A stretch of DNA of 64,000 nt from NCBI GenBank assembly GCA_965217865.1, contig CBDCJO010000002.1:4896001-4960000 (forward strand), in the 5' to 3' direction. Below are positions 28,821 to 38,718 of the stretch, one piece after another (position 1 is the stretch's first letter; each line of letters starts with the position of its first letter). Source of the stretch: Candidatus Latescibacterota bacterium (GTDB lineage Bacteria > Latescibacterota > UBA2968 > SICM01). A program made the position numbers and the translations under genes. The notes under the pieces were generated by a model. The model did not search any database. It had not been told where the DNA came from and worked only from the letters and a program-made list of their open reading frames with translations.

Positions 28821-28849
28821 TTGACTTCGTTATGTCAAAGGCCTACTTT
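28821..28849 (+). promoter_or_regulatory. Sigma70-type promoter of the leader/GNAT unit
   Basis: TTGACT-17 nt-TACTTT; a TTGAC-N8-GTCAA palindrome overlaps the -35 box. Confidence 0.6.
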
Positions 28850-28902
28850 CTTAGAACTCTATACAGGCTAAAAGCCTTTCATATTTAGGATTGAACAAAG
28901 AG

Positions 28903-29052
28903 ATGACCGATTACACTACATTCTATCACGAGACGAGGCCGATGGCCGGTCTGACCAGGGGCGTATGCCTGCTTATGGATTGGACCGCGGACCAGGCTAA
29001 TTCAACTATCGTTACTGTCCACGATAGGAAACGACGGTGGGTGGGTCACTAG
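28903..29052 (+). CDS. Putative 49-aa leader peptide (uORF)
   Basis: MTDYTTFYHETRPMAGLTRGVCLLMDWTADQANSTIVTVHDRKRRWVGH*; its last codons carry the antiterminator strand. Confidence 0.5.
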   Translation: MTDYTTFYHETRPMAGLTRGVCLLMDWTADQANSTIVTVHDRKRRWVGH

Positions 29053-29076
29053 GATAACCTGAAAATCCAGTAATCG

Positions 29077-29113
29077 AACCCGCCGTCGAGTCAGATTCGA
29101 CGGCGGGTTTTTT
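29077..29113 (+). terminator. Intrinsic terminator / attenuator immediately before the GNAT gene
   Basis: 13-bp stem AACCCGCCGTCGA/TCGACGGCGGGTT with a T tract ending 1 nt before the ATG. Confidence 0.85.
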
Positions 29114-29114
29114 A

Positions 29115-29693
29115 ATGGTGGATATATTGAAACGACACGACATCACACTTCAGTGCGAGTTAACCGTCTTACGCCCAATGTCGGAGGGTGATTGGGAACG
29201 CCTTCTGCGTTGGAATAACGATCCCGAGGTGCTATATTTCGCCGAAGGTGATGAGGTCATTGATCGAAGCGCGGATGAAGTCAGAAAGTTGTATCGTTCG
29301 GTGTGCAGGAATGCCTTCTGCTTTATGATTGTGTATAAAGGCGTACCGATCGGCGAGTGCTGGCTGCAGAAGATGAACCTGGAGAGAATCCTTAAGGCTC
29401 ATCCCGGTATGGACTGCAGGCGGATCGACCTGATGATCGGTGAAAAGGATTTTTGGGGACAAGGTATCGGAACTCAGGCAATCGAACTGCTCACCAGTTT
29501 CGGATTTGAAGAGGAAGGGGCAGACGTGATCTTCGGCTGTGACGTTGCGGACTACAATCCAAGAAGCATCAAGGCGTTTCAAAGGGTGGGGTTTGAAGTC
29601 TGTAATGAAGTCAGGCAAACTCAAGGGAGCAAGGCCGAGTCGTGTTATGACCTGATCCTGACACGTGAAAAATATATGCAGAAAGGGATTTGA
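29115..29693 (+). CDS. GNAT N-acetyltransferase (RimJ/RimL or AAC(6')-like fold)
   Basis: LRPM...WNNDPEV, IDLMIGEKDFWGQGIGT, NPRSIKAFQRVGF. Confidence 0.88.
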   Translation: MVDILKRHDITLQCELTVLRPMSEGDWERLLRWNNDPEVLYFAEGDEVIDRSADEVRKLYRSVCRNAFCFMIVYKGVPIGECWLQKMNLERILKAHPGMDCRRIDLMIGEKDFWGQGIGTQAIELLTSFGFEEEGADVIFGCDVADYNPRSIKAFQRVGFEVCNEVRQTQGSKAESCYDLILTREKYMQKGI

Positions 29694-29763
29694 AAGTCGG
29701 ATATGGGTGGGACTGAATCTTGAGCCTCCAAAATTCCACCCGTGATCAACTGAGGGAGGTATT

Positions 29764-30771
29764 ATGGAAAAATCAAAAAAGAAGGTCCATTGGGGCATTC
29801 TCGGTACCGCGAACATCGCAAAAAAAGTTGGGCGGGCGATCCACCGGGCAAAAGGGACTGAATTGACCGCCATCGCCAGCCGTGACGAGGTCCGCGCCCG
29901 GAACTGGGCGGCCGACCACGATGTGGATCGTGCATACGGGAGCTACGACGCCCTCCTGGACGATGCGGAAATAGATGCTGTTTACATCCCCCTGCCGCCG
30001 TCCATGCACCTGGAATGGACGGCCAAAGCGGCTGAAAGGGGCAAACACGTCCTCTGTGAAAAGCCCCTGGCGGCGAATGCCGAAGAGGCGCTTGCCATGG
30101 CCGAGGTCTGCAAAAAGAACGATGTGCAGTTGATGGACGGTGTCATGTGGATGCATCACGAACGCGCAGAGATGATGAAGAAGGCCGTCGTCGACGGCGC
30201 GCTGGGGGAGCTGCGACGTGTGACCTCGGCTTTCTCCTTTAACTGGGGGGAGCTTCCTGTTGACAACATCAGGATGAAACGAGAGCTCGCGGGCGGGTGT
30301 CTCGGTGACCTGGGTTATTATTGCCTGCGCGCCATCCTCTGGACTTTTGGCGACCTACCAACCAGCGTTTACGCCACCGCCCGTTTTTTAAACGATGTGG
30401 AATTCAATCTGTCGGGAGTTCTCTGGTTTCGAGACAAACGGATGGCATCCTTCGACAGCGCCTTCGATACGACGAGCAGGCAATGGTTCGAGGTCGCAGG
30501 GGATGCGGGTTCTCTTGTGTGCGACGATTTCGTGGTTCCCAAAAGCGAAAAGAAGGCGAGGTTCTGGATTCACGGAAAAGGTGACGAAGATGGGAAACGA
30601 GAGGTCAAAGGCTGTGTCCAGGAGGTGCGGATGATCGAAAAATTCTCTCGCATCGTGCAAACCGGACAGCTCGAAGAGAGATGGCCGAGGATGGCGATCG
30701 AAACCATGCAGGTGTACGATGCGCTGCTTAAATCGGCAGGTGAGGAAAAAAGGGTGGAGATGGGGGGGTAG
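29764..30771 (+). CDS. Gfo/Idh/MocA oxidoreductase
   Basis: WGILGTANIA, DAVYIPLP, GKHVLCEKP, GGCLGDLGYY. Confidence 0.92.
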   Translation: MEKSKKKVHWGILGTANIAKKVGRAIHRAKGTELTAIASRDEVRARNWAADHDVDRAYGSYDALLDDAEIDAVYIPLPPSMHLEWTAKAAERGKHVLCEKPLAANAEEALAMAEVCKKNDVQLMDGVMWMHHERAEMMKKAVVDGALGELRRVTSAFSFNWGELPVDNIRMKRELAGGCLGDLGYYCLRAILWTFGDLPTSVYATARFLNDVEFNLSGVLWFRDKRMASFDSAFDTTSRQWFEVAGDAGSLVCDDFVVPKSEKKARFWIHGKGDEDGKREVKGCVQEVRMIEKFSRIVQTGQLEERWPRMAIETMQVYDALLKSAGEEKRVEMGG

Positions 30772-30875
30772 GAAATGAAAAATGAAAAATGAAAATTGAG
30801 AAATAAGCTTCCTCACTACCTCCAAAGTTGCCAAGCAGATTCAACGACGATCCTAAAGAGATCCAGATTTGAGAT

Positions 30876-31646
30876 ATGTATCTGTTTACCGACACAGACC
30901 TTGCCACTCAGCGGCTGAAATACCTCGCTGAAGTTTATGAAAAATCCACGCGTGAATTTGTTGTCGATGTGATCAAGCATCATCCCCAGTTGCTTTTGGA
31001 CCTTGGGTGTGGTCCGGGATTTACCACGCATCTTTTGGCGGAATTGACTCGATGCGATCGGGCTGTGGGGATTGATAATTCAGAACATTTCATCAAGTTG
31101 GCGGAACAAACCCGGACGGACCGGGTTGATTTCTGTCTTCACGACGTCACGTCCGTCCCATTTCCAATGACCCCGTGTGACGTTCTCTTTTGCCGGTATC
31201 TCCTGACCCATTTGAAGAATCCTCTGGACCTAATCGAAAAGTGGAGCACCCAGTTGGGCCCTACAGGGCTCCTGGTGATAGAAGAGGTGGATTGGATTCA
31301 TTCGGAGAATGAGATATATATCAGCTATCTCAATATCGTAGAAGCGATGCTCGCGGATCAATCTAGCTCGCTTTATGTAGGGCCGGTGATTAACGGACTG
31401 GAAGGCACGGATCTTCTGAAGAAACAATCCAGCCGAGTCGGGAGCCTGGCCGTTTCGAACCGTCAAGCGGCCAATTTATTCCATCTGAATATCCAATCCT
31501 GGAGGCATCAGTCTTTCATAAGGACTCACTATCGGATGGAGATGATCGATGGACTGGAAAGAGACTTGAAAATCCTGGCCGAAGATTCAGGCCAGGTGAG
31601 CGAAATTGAATGGGGCTTGAGGCAACTCGTGTTTGAACGAATATGA
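30876..31646 (+). CDS. Class I SAM-dependent methyltransferase
   Basis: LDLGCGPG, GIDNS, HDV. Confidence 0.88.
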   Translation: MYLFTDTDLATQRLKYLAEVYEKSTREFVVDVIKHHPQLLLDLGCGPGFTTHLLAELTRCDRAVGIDNSEHFIKLAEQTRTDRVDFCLHDVTSVPFPMTPCDVLFCRYLLTHLKNPLDLIEKWSTQLGPTGLLVIEEVDWIHSENEIYISYLNIVEAMLADQSSSLYVGPVINGLEGTDLLKKQSSRVGSLAVSNRQAANLFHLNIQSWRHQSFIRTHYRMEMIDGLERDLKILAEDSGQVSEIEWGLRQLVFERI

Positions 31647-31659
31647 TTGAAGTTTCATT

Positions 31660-32445
31660 ATGTTAAATATGAAGAACTCGCTGACACAATTTTACGATCG
31701 ACTTGCCGAGGACTACCATCTCATTTATCAGGACTGGGATCAGGCCATTCATCGACAAGCCCGGGCGCTGGACAACATCATTCAGGATCGTTTCAATGCA
31801 TCAAAAAGATCGTTATCCGTTCTAGACTGTTCCTGCGGCATCGGGACGCAGTCGATCGGTTTGGCTCTGCTCGGGTACAGGGTTCGCGGGACAGACTTGA
31901 GCACAAAAGCCGTTGAACGTGCGAGGAAGGAAGCGAACCGGTTGGGGGCTGTCCTTACTTTTGATGCGGCTGAAATTTGTGAGCTTGAGGACCGTATCGA
32001 GGGACTGTTCGACGTGGTCATAGCGTGCGACAAGTCGCTGCCACACCTTTTGAACGATAAGGATTTGCTTCAGGCCACGCGCGTCATTCGGTCGAAGTTA
32101 AAGCCCAACGGCTTGCTGATCGCGAGTATCTACGACTATGATTCAATCTTCGAGGAAAAACCCACCACGACGCCTCTAAAACTTTTTGATGATTCGGGGA
32201 AAAGACGGATCATACTTCAGATCTGGGATTGGAATTCGGATGGGCGCACCTATAAGTTCCAGCATTTTGTGATTAAGGAGGATGGGGAGGGGTGGCAGAC
32301 GACTTGTCGCACGGCGGAGTACAGGGCCCTTCTGCGAAGTGAACTCAGCGAGATTTTATGCCAGGCAGGATTTTCAGGGGTCAGCTGGCTTTTGCCTGAA
32401 ACATCCGGATACTTCCAGCCGGTTGTTACAGCGTTTAAACCTTAA
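31660..32445 (+). CDS. Class I SAM-dependent methyltransferase (glycine/sarcosine N-methyltransferase-like)
   Basis: FYD.LAEDYHLI, VLDCSCGIGTQ, DLS, SLPHL, LKPNG. Confidence 0.88.
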   Translation: MLNMKNSLTQFYDRLAEDYHLIYQDWDQAIHRQARALDNIIQDRFNASKRSLSVLDCSCGIGTQSIGLALLGYRVRGTDLSTKAVERARKEANRLGAVLTFDAAEICELEDRIEGLFDVVIACDKSLPHLLNDKDLLQATRVIRSKLKPNGLLIASIYDYDSIFEEKPTTTPLKLFDDSGKRRIILQIWDWNSDGRTYKFQHFVIKEDGEGWQTTCRTAEYRALLRSELSEILCQAGFSGVSWLLPETSGYFQPVVTAFKP

Positions 32446-32492
32446 GGTTCAAGTGGATGTTATAAACTGCTTTAAAATAGAAAAGGGATAAC

Positions 32493-33338
32493 ATGGACCA
32501 GGGTTCGATCGAAAGCCATTACACTGCGGATGACCTCGGAAATATCATCCTGGGCGCCTTAAAGGATATGGGAAAAGATATTGATGCCCTGTCGCAAGCG
32601 GATTTAGCCCCTGTCGACGAGTTTCATATCCGAGGAAGGGAGGCGACCGAGGAACTGTGTCAATTGACCCGGTTGAGCTCTGATCTTCAAGTCCTCGACG
32701 TGGGCTGTGGCCTCGGCGGATCGGCTCGTTTTCTGGCCTCCGAATATGGTTGCCGAGTGACGGGGCTGGATTTGACTGAGGCCTACTGCCGGGTTGCTTC
32801 GATGTTATCCGAAAGATTGGGCCTGGGGGACAAGACCGAATTCCGACACGGAAGCGCCCTGGATATGCCTTTCGGTGACGATAGATTTGACGTGGTTTGG
32901 ACCGAACACGCCCAGATGAATATCGAGGATAAACATCAGTTCTATTCGGAGATCAGTAGAGTCCTCAAACCGAATGGCCGTCTGGTGTTTCACGATATTT
33001 TTCAAGGTGACGGCGGAGATTTGCACTTTCCCGTACCGTGGGCGGACGATACTTCGATCAGTTCCCTCATCTCACCCGATTCGCTTCGGCCCTTGCTGGA
33101 TGGACTTGGCCTTTGTGCGGTTGAATGGAAAGATGTCACAAAGACGGCGATGGAGTGGTTCCGTAAGGCTACCGAAAGGGTCAGGCTGAGCGGACCTTCT
33201 CCACTTGGCCTCCATCTGTTAATGGGAAGAAACGCGGGTGTCAAATTTGAGAATATGACGCGGAACCTTCAGGAGGGCCGGGTTGCCGTCGTGCAGGCGG
33301 TTCTGGAAAAGGGAAGGATTTCTGGCGGTTCAAATTAA
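32493..33338 (+). CDS. Class I SAM-dependent methyltransferase (sarcosine/dimethylglycine N-methyltransferase-like)
   Basis: DEFHIRGREAT, VLDVGCGLGG, GLDLT, RVLKPNG. Confidence 0.88.
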   Translation: MDQGSIESHYTADDLGNIILGALKDMGKDIDALSQADLAPVDEFHIRGREATEELCQLTRLSSDLQVLDVGCGLGGSARFLASEYGCRVTGLDLTEAYCRVASMLSERLGLGDKTEFRHGSALDMPFGDDRFDVVWTEHAQMNIEDKHQFYSEISRVLKPNGRLVFHDIFQGDGGDLHFPVPWADDTSISSLISPDSLRPLLDGLGLCAVEWKDVTKTAMEWFRKATERVRLSGPSPLGLHLLMGRNAGVKFENMTRNLQEGRVAVVQAVLEKGRISGGSN

Positions 33339-33389
33339 TGTTCAGTTTAGGTGTTAAAATGGGATGAGCTGGGATCACAAGGCAATGAT

Positions 33390-34000
33390 ATGAAACTCGA
33401 ATCACAAAATTTGGATGATTATCTCAAGGCAACGCCTGTAATCGATTTTGATCATCCTGCGGTTTCAGGGAGAGCACGTCTATTGACCCGAAAATTTACA
33501 GATGATGCATCCCAGGCCAAAGCGCTCTTTGAATGGGTCAGAGACGAAATTCCTCACTCCCGAGATATCGGCGCAAAGGCGGTGACCTGCTCGGCCAGTG
33601 ATGTGCTGCTTCAAGGAACCGGGATCTGTTATGCAAAGAGCCATTTGCTGGCCGCGTTGTGCCGGGCTAAGAACATACCCGCAGGGTTTTGCTATCAGGT
33701 GTTTCAACGAAAGGGTTCATACAAGGGCCTCGGTTTGCACGGATTAAATGCCTTTATCTGAAAAACAGTGACCAGTGGATTCGTCTGGACGGGCGAGGTA
33801 ACACCGGAACGATTGATGCACAGTTCAGCCTGGGTGAAGAGAGATTGGCTTTTCCCGTGGATCCGGCAAAGGGAGAATTGTTCATCTATAACACGATTTT
33901 CGTGGATCCCGATCCCGGGGTTGTAAGCTATCTGAATCAGTTTGAGAACCTGGACGAAGCGTGGGGGGATCTGCCTTCCGATATAAGTAGGGAGGATTAG
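33390..34000 (+). pseudogene. Transglutaminase-like protein with a -1 frameshift (pseudogene or sequencing error)
   Basis: GICYAKSHLLAAL, HGLNA, then WIRLDGRGN in another frame. One extra T in TTT 33753-33755 restores a 203-aa protein with the Cys-His-Asp triad. Confidence 0.8.
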
Positions 34001-34069
34001 GCCAAGAACGATATATGGAAGTTGGTCTAATGATCTGGGGTAAGGATTAAACCTCAGGGAGTTGAGGAC

Positions 34070-34762
34070 ATGCCTTTCAAGACCGTTCTGCTTGACGCCG
34101 GCGGGATCATTTTAGACGAAGCTGAGCAGGAAGAGGCCAGGGCGGAGGTTATCGTTGAGGTCTTGAGAACTGTTGTGTCCGGATTCTGCAAAGACGATTA
34201 TTATTCTGATGTCGAAGAGGCTGTCCGCTGCTACTGTCCGGGGGTTGGCCCCTATGTGGTCTGGAAATACGCCGGGGGGGACTCGGTAAAATTCAATCGT
34301 TTATGGGATGGCTTCAATAGCCGGTGGAAGGAGGCCAGACCCCCAGTCAGGCTGTCAGCGGGAATCGACCGAGAAATCAGAAAGCTCGTCCGGCATTTCG
34401 ACCTTGCGATTGCCGGCCAGTATGGAGCAGAAATCCTGGATGCCTTGTCCCGTCACGACCTTCTGGACTGCTTCGTTCATCGGATCACTCAGGATGATTT
34501 CTCGATCACGAAGCCGGACCCGAGATACTATGAACAGATCCTGGCGAGAATCGGAGCCAACGCAAACGAGAGCGTCATGGTAGGGGATAGAATTGATAAA
34601 GACGTTATTCCGGCGAAACAGGTTGGCATGAAGGCGGTTCTTGTTCGGGTGGGCATACATAAGAACCAGCAGCCGAGGATGCCAACAGAGGTTCCTGACA
34701 TCGAACTGGGATCAGTTGTGGGACTTAGCGGAGCGATTTGCCGCATGGCGGAAGCTGAATAA
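34070..34762 (+). CDS. HAD-family hydrolase
   Basis: DAGG motif I variant, KPDPR, MVGDRIDKD. Confidence 0.85.
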   Translation: MPFKTVLLDAGGIILDEAEQEEARAEVIVEVLRTVVSGFCKDDYYSDVEEAVRCYCPGVGPYVVWKYAGGDSVKFNRLWDGFNSRWKEARPPVRLSAGIDREIRKLVRHFDLAIAGQYGAEILDALSRHDLLDCFVHRITQDDFSITKPDPRYYEQILARIGANANESVMVGDRIDKDVIPAKQVGMKAVLVRVGIHKNQQPRMPTEVPDIELGSVVGLSGAICRMAEAE

Positions 34763-34824
34763 CAGGGTCGGATTCAACGGCTGCGATGACCTCGACACGG
34801 TAGTTCAGGAAAGATTGTATTTTG

Positions 34825-35886
34825 ATGATATCCAGATTAAGCCGAACCTGTCGGATCGTTTGCTTGACCCTTTTATTCTATTTATTTTGCCCATCCCTTC
34901 CTGCAAGCGGAAAAGAGGGGATCCAGCGGGGCGTTTCTTGGGTTGCTTTCGGCAGGCCTATCACGGAAAATGATTTGCTTCCGCTTGTTTCTCACAATGT
35001 AAACTGGATTGTACAGACGCCTTTCGGTTGGCAGCGGAATTACAATTCAACCACGATCCGACTGAATACAGATCCGGATCACGCCGGTTGGGGAGAGAGT
35101 GATCTCGGGATTTCGGAAACCGCCAGACTGGCCAGAAAAGTCGGGATAAAGACCCTGCTCAAACCCCACATCTGGCTCATCAATCAGAGCGATGGAAAGT
35201 GGCGCGGTGATGTTAAAATGGACGATGAGTTCGGTTGGACCGAATGGTTTAAAAGTTACGGTCACTTCATCCTGCATTATGCACGGCTTGCAGAGGCTAG
35301 CGGCATCGAAGCTTTGTGCGTCGGCATGGAACTTCACACCTGCGCTGTCGAACGGGAGAAGGATTGGCGAAAGCTGATCGCTGCCGTTCGTGAGGTTTAT
35401 AGCGGTAAGCTGGTCTATGGGGCCAATTGGCACAGGGAATTTGAAGAGATTCCCTTTTGGGATGCTCTGGACTTCATCGGAATTCAGGCCTATTTTCCTC
35501 TGACAAAAAAAGAAAAGCCCTCTGTTGATGAGTTGGTAAAGGGATGGACATCTCATTTATCGGCGATTGAACGCCTTCAAGACCAGCATCAGAAGCCCGT
35601 TCTTATCACTGAAATCGGGTACCACAGCGCAGCGGATGCGGCGATCAAACCCTGGGAATGGAAGAGATGGGATTCGGCCCCAGCCGATAAAGTGGGATAC
35701 CAGACGCAAGCCAATTGTTATGAGGCGTTTTTTCGGACTTTTTGGGATAAGACCTGGTTCGCGGGCGTATATTTCTGGAAGTGGTATCCTGATTATAGAC
35801 GGATCGGAGCCAGATACGCCAGGGACTATACGCCGCAAGGCAAACAGGCCGGAGAAGTGATGCGTAAGTGGTTTGAATGTGAGTGA
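34825..35886 (+). CDS. Secreted glycoside hydrolase, GH113-like TIM barrel
   Basis: Signal peptide, LKPHIW, WRG, GMEL, YGANW, FWDALDFIGIQAYFPL, TEIGY, WKW. Confidence 0.8.
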   Translation: MISRLSRTCRIVCLTLLFYLFCPSLPASGKEGIQRGVSWVAFGRPITENDLLPLVSHNVNWIVQTPFGWQRNYNSTTIRLNTDPDHAGWGESDLGISETARLARKVGIKTLLKPHIWLINQSDGKWRGDVKMDDEFGWTEWFKSYGHFILHYARLAEASGIEALCVGMELHTCAVEREKDWRKLIAAVREVYSGKLVYGANWHREFEEIPFWDALDFIGIQAYFPLTKKEKPSVDELVKGWTSHLSAIERLQDQHQKPVLITEIGYHSAADAAIKPWEWKRWDSAPADKVGYQTQANCYEAFFRTFWDKTWFAGVYFWKWYPDYRRIGARYARDYTPQGKQAGEVMRKWFECE

Positions 35887-35910
35887 TCTGAGATTAAGGG
35901 GAGGAACCGG

Positions 35911-36525
35911 GTGAGGGATTTATTGTTGGGTGTCCTGGCGTCTCACGGCGGAAGCAACTTGCAGGCGATGATCGATGCGTGCCAAGACGGTCGTCTGAAC
36001 GCCAGAGTCTGCGTGATCATCAGCAACAACTCGGATTCCACAGCCCTTCGCCGCGCGAGGCGGGAAGGGATCCCGGGTTATCATCTGAGCGGGAAAACAC
36101 ATCCCGGATCCGGGGATCTCGATAAAGCGATTTTTGATGTCTTAAATCAACATAACGTTGATCTTGTCATCCTCGCTGGTTATATGAAGAAATTGGGGCC
36201 TCACGTCCTTTCTCGATATCACGGGCGTATCTTGAATATCCATCCGGCGCTTCTGCCCAGGTTCGGGGGGGCCGGGATGTACGGAAATCACGTCCACGAA
36301 GCTGTCCTGGAGGCCGGTGAAAGCGTGACGGGGGTGACGATTCATTTGGTCGACGAGGTTTATGACCATGGACCGATCATCGCACAATGTGAAGTCCCGG
36401 TTCTGGAGGGGGACACGGCAGACTCTCTGAGTGAGCGCGTTTTAAAACGGGAGCACGAATTCTATGTCGAGACCCTCCAGCGAATCGCTCAAGGAGAGAT
36501 TGAAGTTGCGGGTATTCATAATTGA
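35911..36525 (+). CDS. purN: Phosphoribosylglycinamide formyltransferase
   Basis: SHGGSNLQA, LAGYMK, NIHPALLP, GVTIHLV, YDHGPII. Confidence 0.95.
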   Translation: MRDLLLGVLASHGGSNLQAMIDACQDGRLNARVCVIISNNSDSTALRRARREGIPGYHLSGKTHPGSGDLDKAIFDVLNQHNVDLVILAGYMKKLGPHVLSRYHGRILNIHPALLPRFGGAGMYGNHVHEAVLEAGESVTGVTIHLVDEVYDHGPIIAQCEVPVLEGDTADSLSERVLKREHEFYVETLQRIAQGEIEVAGIHN

Positions 36526-36573
36526 GGTGTATCGTTTGCTGACTTGCAATTCAGACCGAAGGGAGGAACGATT

Positions 36574-37587
36574 ATGAGTGAACATCCAACCCCGGGTAAA
36601 ATCATTGAAGTTGGTCTTGGTTTTTGGGGCTCGAAAACCCTCCTGAGCGCCATAGAAATGGAGTTGTTCACCGAGCTGGGTAAGCATCCCGACAACCTGG
36701 AAACCCTTCGAGCGAGGTTAGGATTGCACCCTCGTTCGGCACGTGATTTTCTTGATGCACTAGTGGCTTTGGGTTTTCTACAACGAATAGATGAAAAGTA
36801 TCACAATACTCCTGAGACGGATATGTACCTGGACAAAGGAAAATCCTCCTATATCGGCGGATTGTTGGAGATGGCCAACAACCGACTCTTCGGCTTCTGG
36901 AACAACCTCACTGAAGCCCTCAGAACGGGAGAACCGCAGAATGAAGGAAAGCAGGGCGGCGAATCCTTTTTTGCTCTGTTATACGCAAATCCCGATCGTC
37001 TTAAAGGATTCTTGTCAGCAATGACCGGATTAAGCCGGGGGGGCAACCTGGCGATTGCAGAGAAGTTTCCGTGGAAGGATTACAAGACGTTTGCTGATGT
37101 AGGGACGGCTCAGGGAGACCTCGCCGTTCAGGTTGCCCTTGCCCATCCCCACCTATCGGGGACTGGGTTTGATTTGCCCGAGGTGGGCCCCATTTTTGAA
37201 GACTACATAAGGAAGAACGGTCTTTCTGAGCGCATGAAATTTGTTGGCGGGGATTTTTTCAAGGATCGCCTTCCTCAAGTCGATGTGATTATGATGGGTC
37301 ACATTCTTCATGATTGGAACCTTGAAGAAAAAAGAGGTCTCGTTCGGAAGGTATTCGATGCTATCCCGGAAGGCGGGGCTTTCATTGTGTTTGAATCCAT
37401 TATCGACGACGAACGTAAGGAAAATGTTTTCGGACTCTTGATGAGTCTGAATATGCTGATCGAGACGCCCGGCGGATTCGATTACACCGGAGCCGACTGC
37501 ATGAAGTGGATGAAGGAGATTGGTTTCCGAAAAACATGGGTGGATCACCTGGTAGGACCGGACTCCATGGTTATTGGGATCAAATAA
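36574..37587 (+). CDS. O-methyltransferase with dimerisation domain (acetylserotonin/COMT-like)
   Basis: [35 protein letters not shown]. Confidence 0.92.
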   Translation: MSEHPTPGKIIEVGLGFWGSKTLLSAIEMELFTELGKHPDNLETLRARLGLHPRSARDFLDALVALGFLQRIDEKYHNTPETDMYLDKGKSSYIGGLLEMANNRLFGFWNNLTEALRTGEPQNEGKQGGESFFALLYANPDRLKGFLSAMTGLSRGGNLAIAEKFPWKDYKTFADVGTAQGDLAVQVALAHPHLSGTGFDLPEVGPIFEDYIRKNGLSERMKFVGGDFFKDRLPQVDVIMMGHILHDWNLEEKRGLVRKVFDAIPEGGAFIVFESIIDDERKENVFGLLMSLNMLIETPGGFDYTGADCMKWMKEIGFRKTWVDHLVGPDSMVIGIK

Positions 37588-37701
37588 AAATCCTGATTGG
37601 GTGGCACTTTCCAGGAGACCGAAACCCTTGTACTGAAGGCAAACGCAAGTTATTAGGCCGGCCGATGTCCGGAGCTATAATGGTCGATCAGATCTTTCTA
37701 C

Positions 37702-37729
37702 TTGACACAAGGTTATACGTTTATAGAAT
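37702..37729 (+). promoter_or_regulatory. Sigma70-type promoter
   Basis: TTGACA-16 nt-TAGAAT upstream of the HTH gene. Confidence 0.55.
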
Positions 37730-37848
37730 GTATCGATGAAGCGACCCTCGTTTGCGAATGATTTTAATGTGAAAATTCATTCACGATCAAATATCGTTCA
37801 CAAATGAAGATTTGAACATATAACCCCAATCCAACGAGGTCTTGACGA

Positions 37849-38289
37849 ATGCCAGATTTTACCAAGGTTCTCAGGAGTGAGATCATCAGGCTTGCAAATA
37901 AGGAGGTCCGGAGGGCATTAGGACCGTTAACGAAGCAGTTGAAGGGTCTCCGGAAGGCGGTAAGAGACCAGAGTCGGCAGCTTTCCGGTCAACGCAAGGC
38001 CGTTTCAAGGATCGTGAAGGACCAGAGAAAAATCAGCGCAAGTCTTCCCCAGGAAGAGGATAACAAACCGATCAGGATTTCACCCGCTTCAATCAAGCGA
38101 CATCGGGAGCGTTTGGGGCTATCTCAAAGAGAGATGGGGTTGCTGCTTGGTGTGAGTACCGGTTCGGTTGTGGGTTGGGAGTCAGGGAGATCGAGTCCCC
38201 GGGGAAAAAATGGACAGGCATTTGCCCGTCTCAGAAAAATGGGAGTTCGGGAAGTTAAGGAACAGTTGGAAAAGATCGAGGGATCTTAA
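37849..38289 (+). CDS. XRE-family helix-turn-helix protein with an N-terminal coiled coil
   Basis: RERLGLSQREMGLLLGVSTGSVVGWESGRSSP. Confidence 0.85.
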   Translation: MPDFTKVLRSEIIRLANKEVRRALGPLTKQLKGLRKAVRDQSRQLSGQRKAVSRIVKDQRKISASLPQEEDNKPIRISPASIKRHRERLGLSQREMGLLLGVSTGSVVGWESGRSSPRGKNGQAFARLRKMGVREVKEQLEKIEGS

Positions 38290-38355
38290 GATTAAATTTT
38301 CAAAAGATCCGTCGGGCACGTGTTGCTGGGAGAATTTACACGAAAGAGGATTTCC

Positions 38356-38670
38356 ATGGACGCTACTACAGAAGTAAATCCAGAAGATAAGCGCCAATCT
38401 CCACGGGCTTCGATCGAGCTGTCGATCAACTTCCATGTGGACCCATCCACAACAATACAGGTTCAGTCCAAAGACTTCAGCGCGGGTGGAATGCAGCTTG
38501 AGATCATCAGCAGTTCAGATACCGAGGCTTTCGTAAAAGCACTGGGGAACGTGTCAAATTTCAAGGACCAAAAAGGTCGCTTTGAAATCCAGCTGTCCGC
38601 CCGGCTGGCCTGGGTTATAGAGGAACCCGGGGGGGTGTTTAAAACCGGGTGGGAGTTCAGCCTCCAGTAA
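38356..38670 (+). CDS. Single-domain PilZ protein
   Basis: RQSPR (RxxxR) and DFSAGG (DxSxxG) c-di-GMP motifs; C-terminal GWEF. Confidence 0.75.
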   Translation: MDATTEVNPEDKRQSPRASIELSINFHVDPSTTIQVQSKDFSAGGMQLEIISSSDTEAFVKALGNVSNFKDQKGRFEIQLSARLAWVIEEPGGVFKTGWEFSLQ

Positions 38671-38718
38671 TGTGAGGGATAAAGTCCGATAACGGTTGTG
38701 TATAAGGAGGAATCTTCA

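Noticed and set aside
29693-36574. Integron cassette array
   Set aside because: Gene content is cassette-like, but I found no consistent attC (RYYYAAC...GTTRRRY) sites and no integrase.
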